A stretch of DNA of 64,000 nt from a virus, in the IMG/VR virus record IMGVR_UViG_3300037423_001503. One strand, given 5' to 3'. The notes beneath the pieces were generated by a model. That model had not been told where the DNA came from. It worked only from the letters and a program-made list of their open reading frames with translations, and ran no database searches. Shown here piece after piece: positions 10,426-20,293 of the stretch (position 1 is its first letter; the number at the start of each line of letters is the position of its first letter). The translations under genes and the position numbers were made by a program.

Positions 10426-10607
10426 CTTACAAGATTTACGACATGGATGACTGGGAGGTCATCCGTGACGAAACCGGCAAGACCCTGTGGTCGGGTCACC
10501 GGCCATACACGCGCGACATCTTCGAAGCGCTTGGACTCGACTATGAGATCGAGTTCGTCGAGGACGAGGAGCGCGCCATGGACATCATCTATGAGGGCGC
10601 TGAGTGA
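10422..10607 (+). CDS. hypothetical protein
   Basis: ATGA coupling. Confidence 0.5.
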   Translation: MTYKIYDMDDWEVIRDETGKTLWSGHRPYTRDIFEALGLDYEIEFVEDEERAMDIIYEGAE

Positions 10608-11068
10608 GACGTAGGTCGAGGTTCTTCGTCGATAGCGATTTTGGTAACTGGCTCGCTGGTTTCATCGACGGCGAGGGATGCTTCTACATTACGCGAGACC
10701 GCAAGCGGTCACCTTATCGTGCTCGTTTCTCGATCGCCCTGCGCGCCGACGATAGGCCGATTCTCGAAGAGGTACGGGCAGTAACAGGAATTGGAACCAT
10801 CCATGACTACACGGCGTCTAGCACGGGCAGTCGAACAACACGCTGGATGGTTCAGTCATACACGGATTGCGCAACATTGAAGTCGATCCTCGACCGTTAT
10901 CCGCTGAGGGCAAAGAAGCGAAACGACTTTGATGTGTGGTCGCGCGCGTTGGTCACACAGGGCGACATCGCTACCGGGCGACTGGCCAACAACGACGAAG
11001 TGAACTCACGAATGGCCGCGCTGAAGGAAGAGCTTGCGGTCGTAAGACGAAAGGGACTTGATGTCTGA
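10604..11068 (+). CDS. free-standing LAGLIDADG homing endonuclease (single motif)
   Basis: WLAGFIDGEGCF, YPLRAKKRNDF. Confidence 0.88.
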   Translation: MRRRSRFFVDSDFGNWLAGFIDGEGCFYITRDRKRSPYRARFSIALRADDRPILEEVRAVTGIGTIHDYTASSTGSRTTRWMVQSYTDCATLKSILDRYPLRAKKRNDFDVWSRALVTQGDIATGRLANNDEVNSRMAALKEELAVVRRKGLDV

Positions 11069-12932
11069 AGCAGACGTCATCATCGATTTCGACGTGGAAA
11101 CCACCGGCCTTCAGCCTTGGTCGCAGCGTCAGCATGCGTTCTTGTATCAGTTCTATGACGGCGAGAACCTTGAGGTTTTGCGCCCTGAGAACGACTCTGA
11201 GCGTATCCAATGGTGGTTTGACCGCGCCAAGAATTGCCGCGGCCTCCGTGCCTGGAACGGCAAGTTCGACAAGAGCTTCGCCTACGTCGGAGGCTTCGAT
11301 CTGCCTGGTGACGGCAAGTGGATTGACGGCATGCTAACCGCGCACGCGATCAATGAGAACCGCTCCATCGCCCTAAAGAACGTCGCCACTGAGGTTCTAG
11401 GCCCAGGCTCGGATGACCTTCAGAAGCAGGTCAAGGAATGGCTCACAGCGGAGCGACGACGCCGTAAGAGCGAAGCGCACAAGGCCGGCACTGAACTCAT
11501 CGAGCCCACATATGCCGATGTGCCAGCAGAGCTAATGGAGACGTACGCCGCAGAGGACGTCATCCTGACTCGTAAGGTCGCTGACGCCTACGATCCCATT
11601 ATCGCGAAGTCCAAGGACTTGACCGATATCGTCGCCTTCGAGCACGAAGTCTTTGATGCCTTGTGGGGGGTTGAGCGGCGCGGGTTCCCTGTCGACGACC
11701 ACGGATACCACATGCTGCTGCACGAGGCGGCTGAGAACCTTGAGGCGCTTGAGGATCTCTGCGTCGCGCTCGCCGCCGAGGGCGGGGTCGAGGGGCTGAA
11801 CCCGAACTCCACGGCGCAGATCATCAACGCCCTCAAGGGGCGCAAGGCCGACCTCACCTACATGGCGACAAAGAACGGAAAGCTCTCTGCTGACCGTGAG
11901 AATCTTGAGGCCGTAGATGATGAACTCGCCAAGGCGATCTTGGAATACCGGGCGGAGCGAAAGGTGCACGGCACGTACGTGCTTCCGTACATCGATCGCT
12001 CGTATGCGGCGTCGCTGCGCTCGTGGAAGGAGCCCTTCATCGCCCCTGACGGCGCGATCCACGCAAACTTCCGTCAGGTCGGAACAGTCACGGGCCGCAT
12101 GTCGTGCTCTGATCCCAACCTCCAGAACCAGCCGCGAGACGACCTGCGCCTGCGTTACAACTTCCGCGCCGAGCCGGGCAAGAAGCTCGTAACCTGCGAC
12201 CTCTCGAACGTCGAGATGCGCGTCTTCGCTGCCTACGCCGGTGAGGGTGCGCTGCTGCGGACGATCAAGGAAGGCGGCGACATTCACACGTTGACCGCCG
12301 AGATGATTGGTATCCGTGATCGTAAGCGAGCCGGCGGCGCAGTTGAGACCGCCCGTCAGCGAGGCAAGACGTTCAACTTCTCCGTCGTCTATGGCGGCGG
12401 AGTCAATACGATCATGAAGCAGCAGCGCGTCTCTAAGGACGAGGCGCGCCTCATGCTTCAGCGCTACAAGGACGCGTACCCTGAGGTGGTTCGGCTTCAG
12501 AACCGCATCGCCTATCGACTCGCAGACACCGGCTACATCAAGTCCGCGTGGGGTCGCCGGTTCCACGTTGACCCGCGAGATTCCTACAAGGCCGTCAACT
12601 ATCTCGTTCAGGGCACGTCGGCGGACCTGCTGAAGGCCGCGTTGATCAAGCTCCACAAGCAGGGCGTGCCGGTCGTTGGTTGCGTGCACGACGAGATCAT
12701 CGCCCATGTTGATGAGTCCGACGCCGAGGAGTGCCGCCAGACCATCATCGAGGCGCTCACCGATCACCCGATGATCACCGAAAAGGTGCCGTTGGAGGCC
12801 GAGGGCGACATCGTCGATCGCTGGTCTGACGCTAAGCCGCTCGAAGAGCGCGACAAGGACGGCAAGAAGACCGGCCGTAAGTACTACTTCGATCCGAAGT
12901 GGACCGACGTGGAACGTAGGTACATCAAGTGA
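11061..12932 (+). CDS. polA: DNA polymerase family A with 3'-5' exonuclease
   Basis: DVETTGL, YAAED, TGRMSCSDPNLQN, DLSNVEMR, RQRGKTFNFSVVYG, VQGTSAD, VHDE. Confidence 0.95.
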   Translation: MSEADVIIDFDVETTGLQPWSQRQHAFLYQFYDGENLEVLRPENDSERIQWWFDRAKNCRGLRAWNGKFDKSFAYVGGFDLPGDGKWIDGMLTAHAINENRSIALKNVATEVLGPGSDDLQKQVKEWLTAERRRRKSEAHKAGTELIEPTYADVPAELMETYAAEDVILTRKVADAYDPIIAKSKDLTDIVAFEHEVFDALWGVERRGFPVDDHGYHMLLHEAAENLEALEDLCVALAAEGGVEGLNPNSTAQIINALKGRKADLTYMATKNGKLSADRENLEAVDDELAKAILEYRAERKVHGTYVLPYIDRSYAASLRSWKEPFIAPDGAIHANFRQVGTVTGRMSCSDPNLQNQPRDDLRLRYNFRAEPGKKLVTCDLSNVEMRVFAAYAGEGALLRTIKEGGDIHTLTAEMIGIRDRKRAGGAVETARQRGKTFNFSVVYGGGVNTIMKQQRVSKDEARLMLQRYKDAYPEVVRLQNRIAYRLADTGYIKSAWGRRFHVDPRDSYKAVNYLVQGTSADLLKAALIKLHKQGVPVVGCVHDEIIAHVDESDAEECRQTIIEALTDHPMITEKVPLEAEGDIVDRWSDAKPLEERDKDGKKTGRKYYFDPKWTDVERRYIK

Positions 12933-13156
12933 CAGAGTTCAGTTACGACGACCGCGTAGATGCCGCCGCGGTCGCTCTGTTCGAGAACCTCGCCGATGAA
13001 TACGACTGCTGGGACGAAGATCCCTTGGAGCGAGGACGTCGCTGGCGCGGCATGGCAGAGCGCGCACTCGAAGCAACCAGCGAAGATCGCGTCGGCTATT
13101 GGCTCGACAGATACGAGTCCGAGTACCGCACAGACTGGAGTTCAAGGCCTCTCTAG
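12929..13156 (+). CDS. hypothetical protein
   Basis: GTGA coupling. Confidence 0.5.
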   Translation: MTEFSYDDRVDAAAVALFENLADEYDCWDEDPLERGRRWRGMAERALEATSEDRVGYWLDRYESEYRTDWSSRPL

Positions 13157-13158
13157 CG

Positions 13159-13548
13159 ATGCACACGTACTGCAACGGTACCTACCACTACCACAGTGAC
13201 GATGATGGCTTCGAACAGTGGCACGAACTCTGCCCCGGAGAGCCAACTTGTCAAAGCCCCAGAAGAAGTATCGAAGCTACGGCGGTGAGAATCCCTAACA
13301 AGATTTGGGTCGATATCAAGGCTGAGCGCGCCCGCCAGGACGCCAAGTTTGGTGTCCAGAGCCACGATAACGCAACCTGGAAGCTCATCCTCGACGAGGA
13401 GACAGGCGAGGTTGCGACTGAATGTCTCCAGGAGATCTTTGGCGACATCGCCAACGGTCACGGTAACTTGCGCGAAGAACTCATCCAGGTCGCCGCCGTG
13501 GCCGTCGCCTGGGTCGAACATCTAGATAGGAGCACAGATGCCGGTTGA
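13159..13548 (+). CDS. MazG-like nucleotide pyrophosphohydrolase
   Basis: ERARQDAKFG, ILDEETGEVA, LREELIQVAAVAVAW. Confidence 0.75.
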   Translation: MHTYCNGTYHYHSDDDGFEQWHELCPGEPTCQSPRRSIEATAVRIPNKIWVDIKAERARQDAKFGVQSHDNATWKLILDEETGEVATECLQEIFGDIANGHGNLREELIQVAAVAVAWVEHLDRSTDAG

Positions 13549-13747
13549 CGGCCCGTTGGACTTGTTGTACACGATGCAGGGCGAGGCGTCGATCCGCGCC
13601 GAGCGTGCGAGCAGACACGCCAATGCGCTGCGCGCCGAGGCCGACGATTACGAACGTGAGGCCTTCCGTCACTCGTCGCAGGTCCAGTGGCTACAGCAGG
13701 CAATTGACGCCATGAACACAATGCCCGAGGACACAAATGAAGCTTGA
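13538..13747 (+). CDS. hypothetical coiled-coil protein
   Basis: AGGAG SD. Confidence 0.5.
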   Translation: MPVDGPLDLLYTMQGEASIRAERASRHANALRAEADDYEREAFRHSSQVQWLQQAIDAMNTMPEDTNEA

Positions 13748-14070
13748 AGTCAAGCACGAGGACAATGACCTGTCGATCAGCGGTGATCGCCGTACGTTGA
13801 CAGCGCTGATGGAGATCATGCGTATCGCGATGTCGAACACGCGACGCGTGGCGTACGGTTCCATCGACGATGAAGTAGAGGGGCAGGTAGGATCTGTAAA
13901 GGTGAAGGTCCTGTGATACGCCTGGAGACACGCTTCACAGTGGCGCGTAAGTCAACCTACGAAGATGCGGCGGTGGAGGCCGAGAAGCGCCTGAAGGGCA
14001 CGTTTGTGATCGACTTTGTCCGTGACGGCGTCGCTGGCGCTCCCGGCGTACCGACCTATGAGGCAGCCTG

Positions 14071-14349
14071 ATGGGACACATGGAGTGGGATCACAACGGG
14101 CGCGCAAAGTGGCGGCAGCGGAGCACAGTTCCGTGTCCCGGGCCGCCCGGTCACGGAGGTTGCATCGGCCGGTATGAGGACGACTACGGGTCAACGAAGT
14201 GGTGCCCGACTTGCACGTATGGTGACGGCCAGCAGGTCGTGATCACATGGACGCCGTGTCCTCGGTTCGACGCCCCGCGTCCGCCCAAGGGTTGGACTCC
14301 AGAGCGGTCAGCGGAAGAACAGATTGACGCAATCTACGGAGGCGTGTGA
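14071..14349 (+). CDS. hypothetical Cys-rich protein
   Basis: ORF in operon, CPTC. Confidence 0.45.
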   Translation: MGHMEWDHNGRAKWRQRSTVPCPGPPGHGGCIGRYEDDYGSTKWCPTCTYGDGQQVVITWTPCPRFDAPRPPKGWTPERSAEEQIDAIYGGV

Positions 14350-14738
14350 TGGCTAAGAAGAAGGCTTACAAGGTTCCGTTCGACGACTACTCTGGCGATC
14401 AGCTTCACTATGCCGACAAGTGGACAAACCTTGTCCACTTTCCAAACGGCTGGGAGGCCTACAACGACGACTGCGACAATCCTGCAAACCGAGTCGAGGC
14501 CGGCGTAGAGTGGCGCGAGCCGTACGAGTTCGAGGACACGCTCAGGTACGTTACCTACCATCGCGGCCGTAGCGCCGCGTATTTTGAGTTCGTGTCGCTC
14601 AATGACGGTCGGCGATACACGATGTTCTTGAAGCAATTCGATCAGGCGGTGAGTCGGATGGTCATGGGCCAGTTCACGGGCCGCTTCGGTTTTGTCAAGT
14701 ACGGCCACAACTACGGAGTTGCACTGCTCGATGCCTGA
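14346..14738 (+). CDS. hypothetical protein
   Basis: GGAGG SD; RGRSAAYF motif. Confidence 0.6.
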   Translation: MMAKKKAYKVPFDDYSGDQLHYADKWTNLVHFPNGWEAYNDDCDNPANRVEAGVEWREPYEFEDTLRYVTYHRGRSAAYFEFVSLNDGRRYTMFLKQFDQAVSRMVMGQFTGRFGFVKYGHNYGVALLDA

Positions 14739-14973
14739 CGCGAACGGAAACATCAAGGGCATCGCAGTACCTGCGTCGGCGAAGTGGCCCCCAGCGAGGC
14801 CGCCAAGGACGAAGTATGTGCCGCCCGACGAAGCTCCACGCAAGAAGAAGCGCCGACCCAGATCGGTGAAGGTCGTCGAGTGCTGCGATCTCTGCGGCAA
14901 CACTGTCAGCGACTTCTGCGCGACCCCTCTACATGACCAGATCTACAACCGCCCTATTGGCAACACCGACTGA
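14731..14973 (+). CDS. hypothetical basic protein
   Basis: Overlapping operon ORF. Confidence 0.4.
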   Translation: MPDANGNIKGIAVPASAKWPPARPPRTKYVPPDEAPRKKKRRPRSVKVVECCDLCGNTVSDFCATPLHDQIYNRPIGNTD

Positions 14974-15059
14974 TGCACGATGACGACATCATCGCGATGA
15001 TCCTATTGATCATCGTCGTGATTGGTTCTCTAGCACTCGCCTGCGCCGCGTCTGCGTAA
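14973..15059 (+). CDS. 28-aa single-TM peptide (MHDDDIIAMILLIIVVIGSLALACAASA)
   Basis: TGATG coupling; hydrophobic; below ORF-track cutoff. Confidence 0.45.
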   Translation: MHDDDIIAMILLIIVVIGSLALACAASA

Positions 15060-15099
15060 CCAACAACCCAAACATTCGAAACAAGGTACACTTCATCTA

Positions 15100-15444
15100 A
15101 TGGGCTCTGAATCCTTTTTCCCTATCGGCACACGCCTCACCCACATCGAGACCAAGGAGGTCTTGATCGTCACCGGCGGCGGCGACCAGTTGGTTGTCTC
15201 TCCGGCTGAATTCGGCCCGCCGCGCGCTCTCGGAATCGTCGAGGCGCGGCAGGACTACACCGCAGAAATCCCTGAGGGCGGTGTCGTCGACACGCCTGAG
15301 CAGCAGCGCGCGAAGCTCACCCCTGAGCAGATCTTCGCCAAGGCCGCCGCTGAGGCAGCCGCCGCTGGCGTCGAACCTACCGGTCACCGCGGACGTAGGA
15401 AGTCGCAGGGTGACGCTGAGCCGCGTCGTCAGGGCGGCGAGTAA
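15100..15444 (+). CDS. hypothetical protein (probably leaderless)
   Basis: TACACT-N7-ATG. Confidence 0.6.
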   Translation: MGSESFFPIGTRLTHIETKEVLIVTGGGDQLVVSPAEFGPPRALGIVEARQDYTAEIPEGGVVDTPEQQRAKLTPEQIFAKAAAEAAAAGVEPTGHRGRRKSQGDAEPRRQGGE

Positions 15445-15737
15445 TGGCTAAGCGCTCGCTGGAATCCAAGAAGCGCGCACGCCTCGTGCGAGCGATGTCA
15501 ACCACACCGACTGGTCTCATTGATCTCGTCGACTACATCAGGTTGCGCACACGCTGCACCGCTGGTCGCGCCAAGGCCGCCATCATGGCCGGCGCGCTGA
15601 CCGTCGATGGTGAGCCGATCGGCTTCGTCGAGATCGACGACAAGATCCAGAAGGACAATAAGATCAAGGTGTTCACGCAGTACGTGCGTGCAGATCTACG
15701 CGACCGGATTGTGGTGGTGAATCCTTCTGATTCGTAA
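15444..15737 (+). CDS. hypothetical basic protein (possibly S4-like RNA-binding fold)
   Basis: TAATG coupling; RAKAAIMAGALTVDG resembles the S4 motif. Confidence 0.45.
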   Translation: MAKRSLESKKRARLVRAMSTTPTGLIDLVDYIRLRTRCTAGRAKAAIMAGALTVDGEPIGFVEIDDKIQKDNKIKVFTQYVRADLRDRIVVVNPSDS

Positions 15738-15822
15738 CGTCGCCGCGCTCTGCACTGTAAGCACGAGGCTTCTGGATGAGGAGCCAAGGAGGACGATCGA
15801 CTTCCTTGCTGGCGACGCCGCA

Positions 15823-16107
15823 ATGAGGATCGGACACCTAATCCGGGCGTGGCACGACGGAGGATGTGACGACCCAGCGCCTCAGCAGGCCGAGCGATCG
15901 TTTGTTGATCAAACCGGGTGGCTCACCGACGAGGAGCGCGCCAGGTACAACGAGCTTGGCGATCTAAGTCGCGCGAAGATCTTCAAGTTGTGTATCGAGT
16001 TTGACATGGATCGTCTTGCTGAACTCCCGCTCGCGCGGGCAGAGATGCGAGCGCGTACGCTGGCTGAGTCTAAGGCCTTGACCTTCCTGGAAGGCGAGCT
16101 TCTGTGA
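15823..16107 (+). CDS. hypothetical protein
   Basis: Operon ORF. Confidence 0.5.
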   Translation: MRIGHLIRAWHDGGCDDPAPQQAERSFVDQTGWLTDEERARYNELGDLSRAKIFKLCIEFDMDRLAELPLARAEMRARTLAESKALTFLEGELL

Positions 16108-16604
16108 GGTGGCTTTCCGTCGATCCCGGCGAGGACACAGGCTGGGCTCTTTGGGAGGACGGCGACCTCATCGACGCCGGCACCGACAAGCTGTGGCAGT
16201 TCGGTGAGGCCGTCTACGCGGCTACCCACGAGGACTCCGAGAGCCTCGAACTCGTCGGTGATGACCTGGCGTTGAAGTTCATCGGCGTCGAACGCATCGT
16301 CTGTGAGGACTGGCGCATCTACCCCTGGGAGGCCAAGAAGGGCACCCTGAACTGGGACCAGTGTCGCACAGCGCGGCTCATTGGTGGCCTAACCTTGGTG
16401 GCGAAGATGAAGGGCATGGAGTTTGTCCTTCAGGGCGCGAAGATCAAGGAGCGCGCCGAGGCCGCCGGTGCTGAGGCGTTGTTCATGTCGCCGCTGGTGG
16501 AGAACCGCCACGCCAACGACGCCATCCGTCACGGCGTCTACTACTTGGCGATCGAGCGCGGCGCGCGGCCGGTCGAAATGGAGGGTGATGGTGCTAATGC
16601 GTAG
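16104..16604 (+). CDS. RuvC-like Holliday junction resolvase
   Basis: LSVDPGEDTGWA, IVCED, HANDAIRHG. Confidence 0.75.
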   Translation: MRWLSVDPGEDTGWALWEDGDLIDAGTDKLWQFGEAVYAATHEDSESLELVGDDLALKFIGVERIVCEDWRIYPWEAKKGTLNWDQCRTARLIGGLTLVAKMKGMEFVLQGAKIKERAEAAGAEALFMSPLVENRHANDAIRHGVYYLAIERGARPVEMEGDGANA

Positions 16605-16776
16605 AGAGCACAGAAACCTCTACAGGCTGTGCCGCCCGCTGTCGTACGTCATGCCAGAGGCGGCGCTGCGCTGGCTGCATCGCCATTGGAAGCTGGCCTC
16701 GGACGACACCGATGACTGGAGTTTCTGGCTCGACGTCAGCTACGAACGCTACTGGAGAAGGAGTATCGAGCGGTGA
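16597..16776 (+). CDS. hypothetical protein
   Basis: Overlapping operon ORF. Confidence 0.4.
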   Translation: MRREHRNLYRLCRPLSYVMPEAALRWLHRHWKLASDDTDDWSFWLDVSYERYWRRSIER

Positions 16777-16976
16777 CTGAGTTTAGGTTGTGCTGGTCAG
16801 CGAGCAGCAACATCACCTTCCGCGGCGAGACCGACTGGGAAGAGTGGGATAACGAGGACGAATCTCCAGAGATGTACTTCTACTCTCTTGAGAGTCCTGG
16901 GCTTACCAACATGGCTGTCGGTCTCAGCGAAGTCTTGGAGGCCAGCGGTTTCGATTGGTGGGTAGAGACCAGATGA
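16773..16976 (+). CDS. hypothetical acidic protein
   Basis: AAGGAG SD, GTGA coupling. Confidence 0.5.
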   Translation: MTEFRLCWSASSNITFRGETDWEEWDNEDESPEMYFYSLESPGLTNMAVGLSEVLEASGFDWWVETR

Positions 16977-17318
16977 TCTCCGGTAAGGTGCGCGGCGAAT
17001 GCATTCACTTCGACTGCGCCACCGACGAAGAGATGACACTGACATGGATGGCATTCTTCACCGAGGAGGCCGCCAAGGACCTCGACTGCGATCGATGCGG
17101 ACGACCGCTCAACGAAGTTCCCGATCCGTGACCGCAACGACAAGTAATTCACGCGTCAATCCAGAGCGTAACCGCTGCCCGAACTTCGAGGAGTGCGGTA
17201 TGTCGTGTTCGCACGATCCGGAGTACATGGGTTGGCCGCAGACCGGGCTCCGATATCCTGAGCGCGCATGCAGCCGCGAGTGCGTTCGTGCGCTGCTGAT
17301 GAAGCGGGCGCTGTCGGT

Positions 17319-17633
17319 ATGATCTTCCAAGAGAACCTAGGATACGAGCGAGTGCCGCGCGACGATGAGTTCGTCGATGCGGCATTTCGTCTTTGTGGTG
17401 AGGAACCGCCGCGATCCTACTCGATCTATACTTTGATGCGCGTCATCCCTCGCGACGTCGCCCGTCAGGAACTCGCTGGTGACATCATGCTAGCCAAGAT
17501 GAAGTCGCTGGCCGCCGAGCTAGACAGCGCACAGCCGCCCGCAGATGGACTGATTACCTGTGACTGTGCTTGTCATAGGCCGCCGTATTACGACCGCACC
17601 GGCGGCTGCGTCCACTGCATTCTGATTGGTTAG
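17319..17633 (+). CDS. hypothetical protein with C-terminal Cys/His cluster
   Basis: CDCACH...CVHC. Confidence 0.45.
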   Translation: MIFQENLGYERVPRDDEFVDAAFRLCGEEPPRSYSIYTLMRVIPRDVARQELAGDIMLAKMKSLAAELDSAQPPADGLITCDCACHRPPYYDRTGGCVHCILIG

Positions 17634-17706
17634 TCAACACGACTGACCAAATCGTGTTACACTTCCTTCACCCCATGCCGATCGACCTCAACAAGGAGTC
17701 GTCGGT

Positions 17707-17997
17707 ATTTCACGCCGAAGGAAGGGAGCAGAACCAGAGCCTCGGGTTTTGACCGAGGACGTGCAGGTAATTCTCCGTCGAGTAGTTCGCCCAGATCAAG
17801 ACGATGAGGGCGCGTCGGTTGCGACGATTGCGGAGAAGGCAGACACATCAACACGGACCGTCTATCGCGTCTTGGCCGGCACAACCAAGACGCTGTCGTT
17901 GAGCCTGGCGGACCGACTGTGCATCGCCGCGGACGCGCATCTCTCCGAGTGCCGCCTCTCGTGGCCCGACGGTAGGGTCGAGCCCTACTTGTGGTAA
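17707..17997 (+). CDS. XRE/Cro-type HTH DNA-binding protein (probable ATT start at 17707; track start is TTG 17749)
   Basis: VATIAEKADTSTRTVYRVLAG..LSLADRLC HTH; AAGGAG 8 nt before in-frame ATT. Confidence 0.7.
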   Translation: MSRRRKGAEPEPRVLTEDVQVILRRVVRPDQDDEGASVATIAEKADTSTRTVYRVLAGTTKTLSLSLADRLCIAADAHLSECRLSWPDGRVEPYLW

Positions 17998-18062
17998 TCG
18001 CGGTACCGACCTTTCCGAACCAACACGGACCTCGGTAACACCGCTCCATAGGTGAGATCTAC

Positions 18063-18081
18063 GGCCCAATAGGGCCTTTTT
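18063..18081 (+). terminator. intrinsic terminator after HTH gene
   Basis: GGCCC-AATA-GGGCC followed by TTTTT. Confidence 0.55.
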
Positions 18082-18101
18082 GTCAATCTGGTCGGTAGAT
18101 T
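18081..18101 (+). promoter_or_regulatory. putative late promoter TGTC-N11-TAGATT, leaderless
   Basis: Motif shared with six other morphogenesis genes; ATG 7 nt after -10. Confidence 0.55.
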
Positions 18102-18108
18102 ACGGTCT

Positions 18109-18558
18109 ATGGCTCGCATCTCAAAGCTCGCTAACCCAGACTTCGCAAAGGCCGTCGCCGAGGCATACGTGAACGGTATGTCTCGTGAAGAGATGGCTGA
18201 TGAGTTCGCCTGCCATAAGGACACCATCACGATCTGGACACGTGACCCGCGCGTTCAGGCACACGTCTCTCGTCTCGCGCAGGAGCGCGTCAATCGCATC
18301 ACGCGCAAGATTGATAAGGAGATCGAAGGCCGTCTCCAGGACGCAGAGGAGATGGACACCGAGGTCTTGCTGAAGATCCGCAAGGAGTTCCTCGGCAACG
18401 TCATCAAGCCAATCGAGGGTGCCGGCGCTGACCGTGCCGAGACCGTATCTGAGACCATCAAGGCTGTCGAGGAATCGCCGGACCTTGCCGATGCGCTACA
18501 GCAGCTACTCCTGGGCGGCGGGCACAACGCTACGCGCGAGCCCAACGCGGACGAGTAA
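18109..18558 (+). CDS. terminase small subunit
   Basis: N-terminal HTH (MSREEMADEFACHKDTITIW); just upstream of terL. Confidence 0.7.
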   Translation: MARISKLANPDFAKAVAEAYVNGMSREEMADEFACHKDTITIWTRDPRVQAHVSRLAQERVNRITRKIDKEIEGRLQDAEEMDTEVLLKIRKEFLGNVIKPIEGAGADRAETVSETIKAVEESPDLADALQQLLLGGGHNATREPNADE

Positions 18559-18685
18559 TGCACTTCAAGAAGTGCTCAAGATGTGATGATCATTACACGT
18601 TGACTGTCGGTCGGCTTGTTCTGGCAACCCGAACCATCAATGAGCGGCGGGCGTTCCTCATCGGCTCTAGGATGTTGATGTTCTA

Positions 18686-20248
18686 GTGATCTCTGACGAG
18701 GGCCGTCAGAACATCATCGACGCGCACAAGGAGCGCACCACCGATTCACGGCGCGAGAATGACGCGCGCATGGATCGTCTGCTCGCGCTGGCGCAGGCAG
18801 ATCCGCAGGCTTTCCAGAGCCTTGTCCAGAAGGTCATGGGCAAGATGCTGGTCCCTCACTCCGAAGGCCAGAAGGAAGTACTCACCGCTGAAGAACGCTT
18901 CCTCGTCCTTTGTGCAGGTCGCCGGTGGGGAAAGTCGCAAATCGGGGCGGCGAAGGCGCTTCGCACGGCTCGCAAGCCGCGCCAAATCGTATGGTGGGTC
19001 GCGCCGACCTACAAGGTCGTCAAGCGTGGCTACGAGGCCGTAGTCAAGCAGTGCCCGGACGAGCTTCTCCAGAAGCCCGCGCCGCCATCGTCTGGCTTTG
19101 ACGCCGGCCGTGCGATTCGCTTGAACTTCAAGAACGGAACCATCATGGAGTTCTACTCCGCCGAGCGCCCAGAGGGCATGCTGGGCGGTAGCTGCGACTT
19201 CATGATTCTCGACGAGGCCGCGACGATGCCTGAGCACGTCTGGACTCAGATCATTCGAGCAACCCTTGCAGACCGCAAGGGCAAGGCATTGTTCATCTCC
19301 ACTCCACGCGGTAAGAACTGGTTCTACCGCATGTGGATGAACGGCCAGGATCCCCAACAGCCGGAGTATCGCTCGTGGCGGTTCCCGAGCCGGACGAACC
19401 CAACCATCGATCCGGCCGAGTTCGACGGCATGGAGGCCGAGCTTCCGCTTGCCGTCTACGAGCAGGAGATCCTCGCCGAGTTCATCTCCAACGCCGCCAG
19501 CGTCTTTAGGTTCCCGAGGGCTCGCGATCCCGAGACCGGCGAGGAATCCAACGATCTACGCAGCCCTGCGATCGTCGAGATGGTGCAGCCGCGCGGCCAT
19601 GTAATCCTCGGCATCGACCTCGCCAAGCACAACGACTTCTCGGTCCTCTTCGGAGTCCGGGCCGGCGATCGACAGCCGTGCTGGCACGATCGATTCAATC
19701 AAGTTTCGTGGCCGAAGCAGCGGGCACTCATCAACGAAGCCGTCGATGAGATCCTCAGGACCGCTGACGGCGTTACGCTCGTCGTGGACTCCACCGGCGT
19801 CGGTGACGTCATCTACGACGACCTCGCCGAGGCCGGCTATGACGTCGTCGGCATCAAGTTCTCGCCTCAGTGGAAGACGTCGGCGGTTCAGCTTCTGTCG
19901 GCAGATCTTGAGCGCGGTCACGCCTTCATCATCGAGGAGATGCTGCCTGAGTTCGAGTCCTACTCGTACTCGATCAGCGAAAGCGGACGGTGGAAGTACG
20001 AGGCAGCCACGGGGCATGACGATGAGGTCTCCGCGGCACTCCTCGCGCATTGGGGAGTCGTCCACTCCGGCGTCCCCAACATCCAAACGCTTCACGGGGG
20101 TGGGGACTCGATCGTCGGCGAGTCAAGCGACGAGTTCCTCGTTTGGGAAGATGAAGCCGAGATCGTCGACACCGGCGTCGCTCAGGTCCGCACCGTCGCG
20201 GTTCCGACGATCGCTGACCTGATGAACAACCCCAACTCCTGGGGCTAG
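18686..20248 (+). CDS. terL: terminase large subunit
   Basis: AGRRWGKS, WVAPTY, ILDEAA, ISTPRGKNWFY, GIDLAKHND, HDDEVSA. Confidence 0.95.
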   Translation: MISDEGRQNIIDAHKERTTDSRRENDARMDRLLALAQADPQAFQSLVQKVMGKMLVPHSEGQKEVLTAEERFLVLCAGRRWGKSQIGAAKALRTARKPRQIVWWVAPTYKVVKRGYEAVVKQCPDELLQKPAPPSSGFDAGRAIRLNFKNGTIMEFYSAERPEGMLGGSCDFMILDEAATMPEHVWTQIIRATLADRKGKALFISTPRGKNWFYRMWMNGQDPQQPEYRSWRFPSRTNPTIDPAEFDGMEAELPLAVYEQEILAEFISNAASVFRFPRARDPETGEESNDLRSPAIVEMVQPRGHVILGIDLAKHNDFSVLFGVRAGDRQPCWHDRFNQVSWPKQRALINEAVDEILRTADGVTLVVDSTGVGDVIYDDLAEAGYDVVGIKFSPQWKTSAVQLLSADLERGHAFIIEEMLPEFESYSYSISESGRWKYEAATGHDDEVSAALLAHWGVVHSGVPNIQTLHGGGDSIVGESSDEFLVWEDEAEIVDTGVAQVRTVAVPTIADLMNNPNSWG

Positions 20249-20293
20249 AAAAGATCTCACACATCTAGTCTACTGCGTGGTACGCTACCGCGC

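Noticed and set aside
11532-12767. Long antisense ORFs (411 aa here; also opposite the PRTase, rtcB, capsid and portal)
   Set aside because: Shadow ORFs expected from high-GC codon bias opposite well-supported genes
17741-17752. -1 frameshift at GGGTTTT joining the upstream ORF to the HTH gene
   Set aside because: The heptamer is not in X-XXY-YYZ phase for the upstream ORF; an ATT start with SD is simpler
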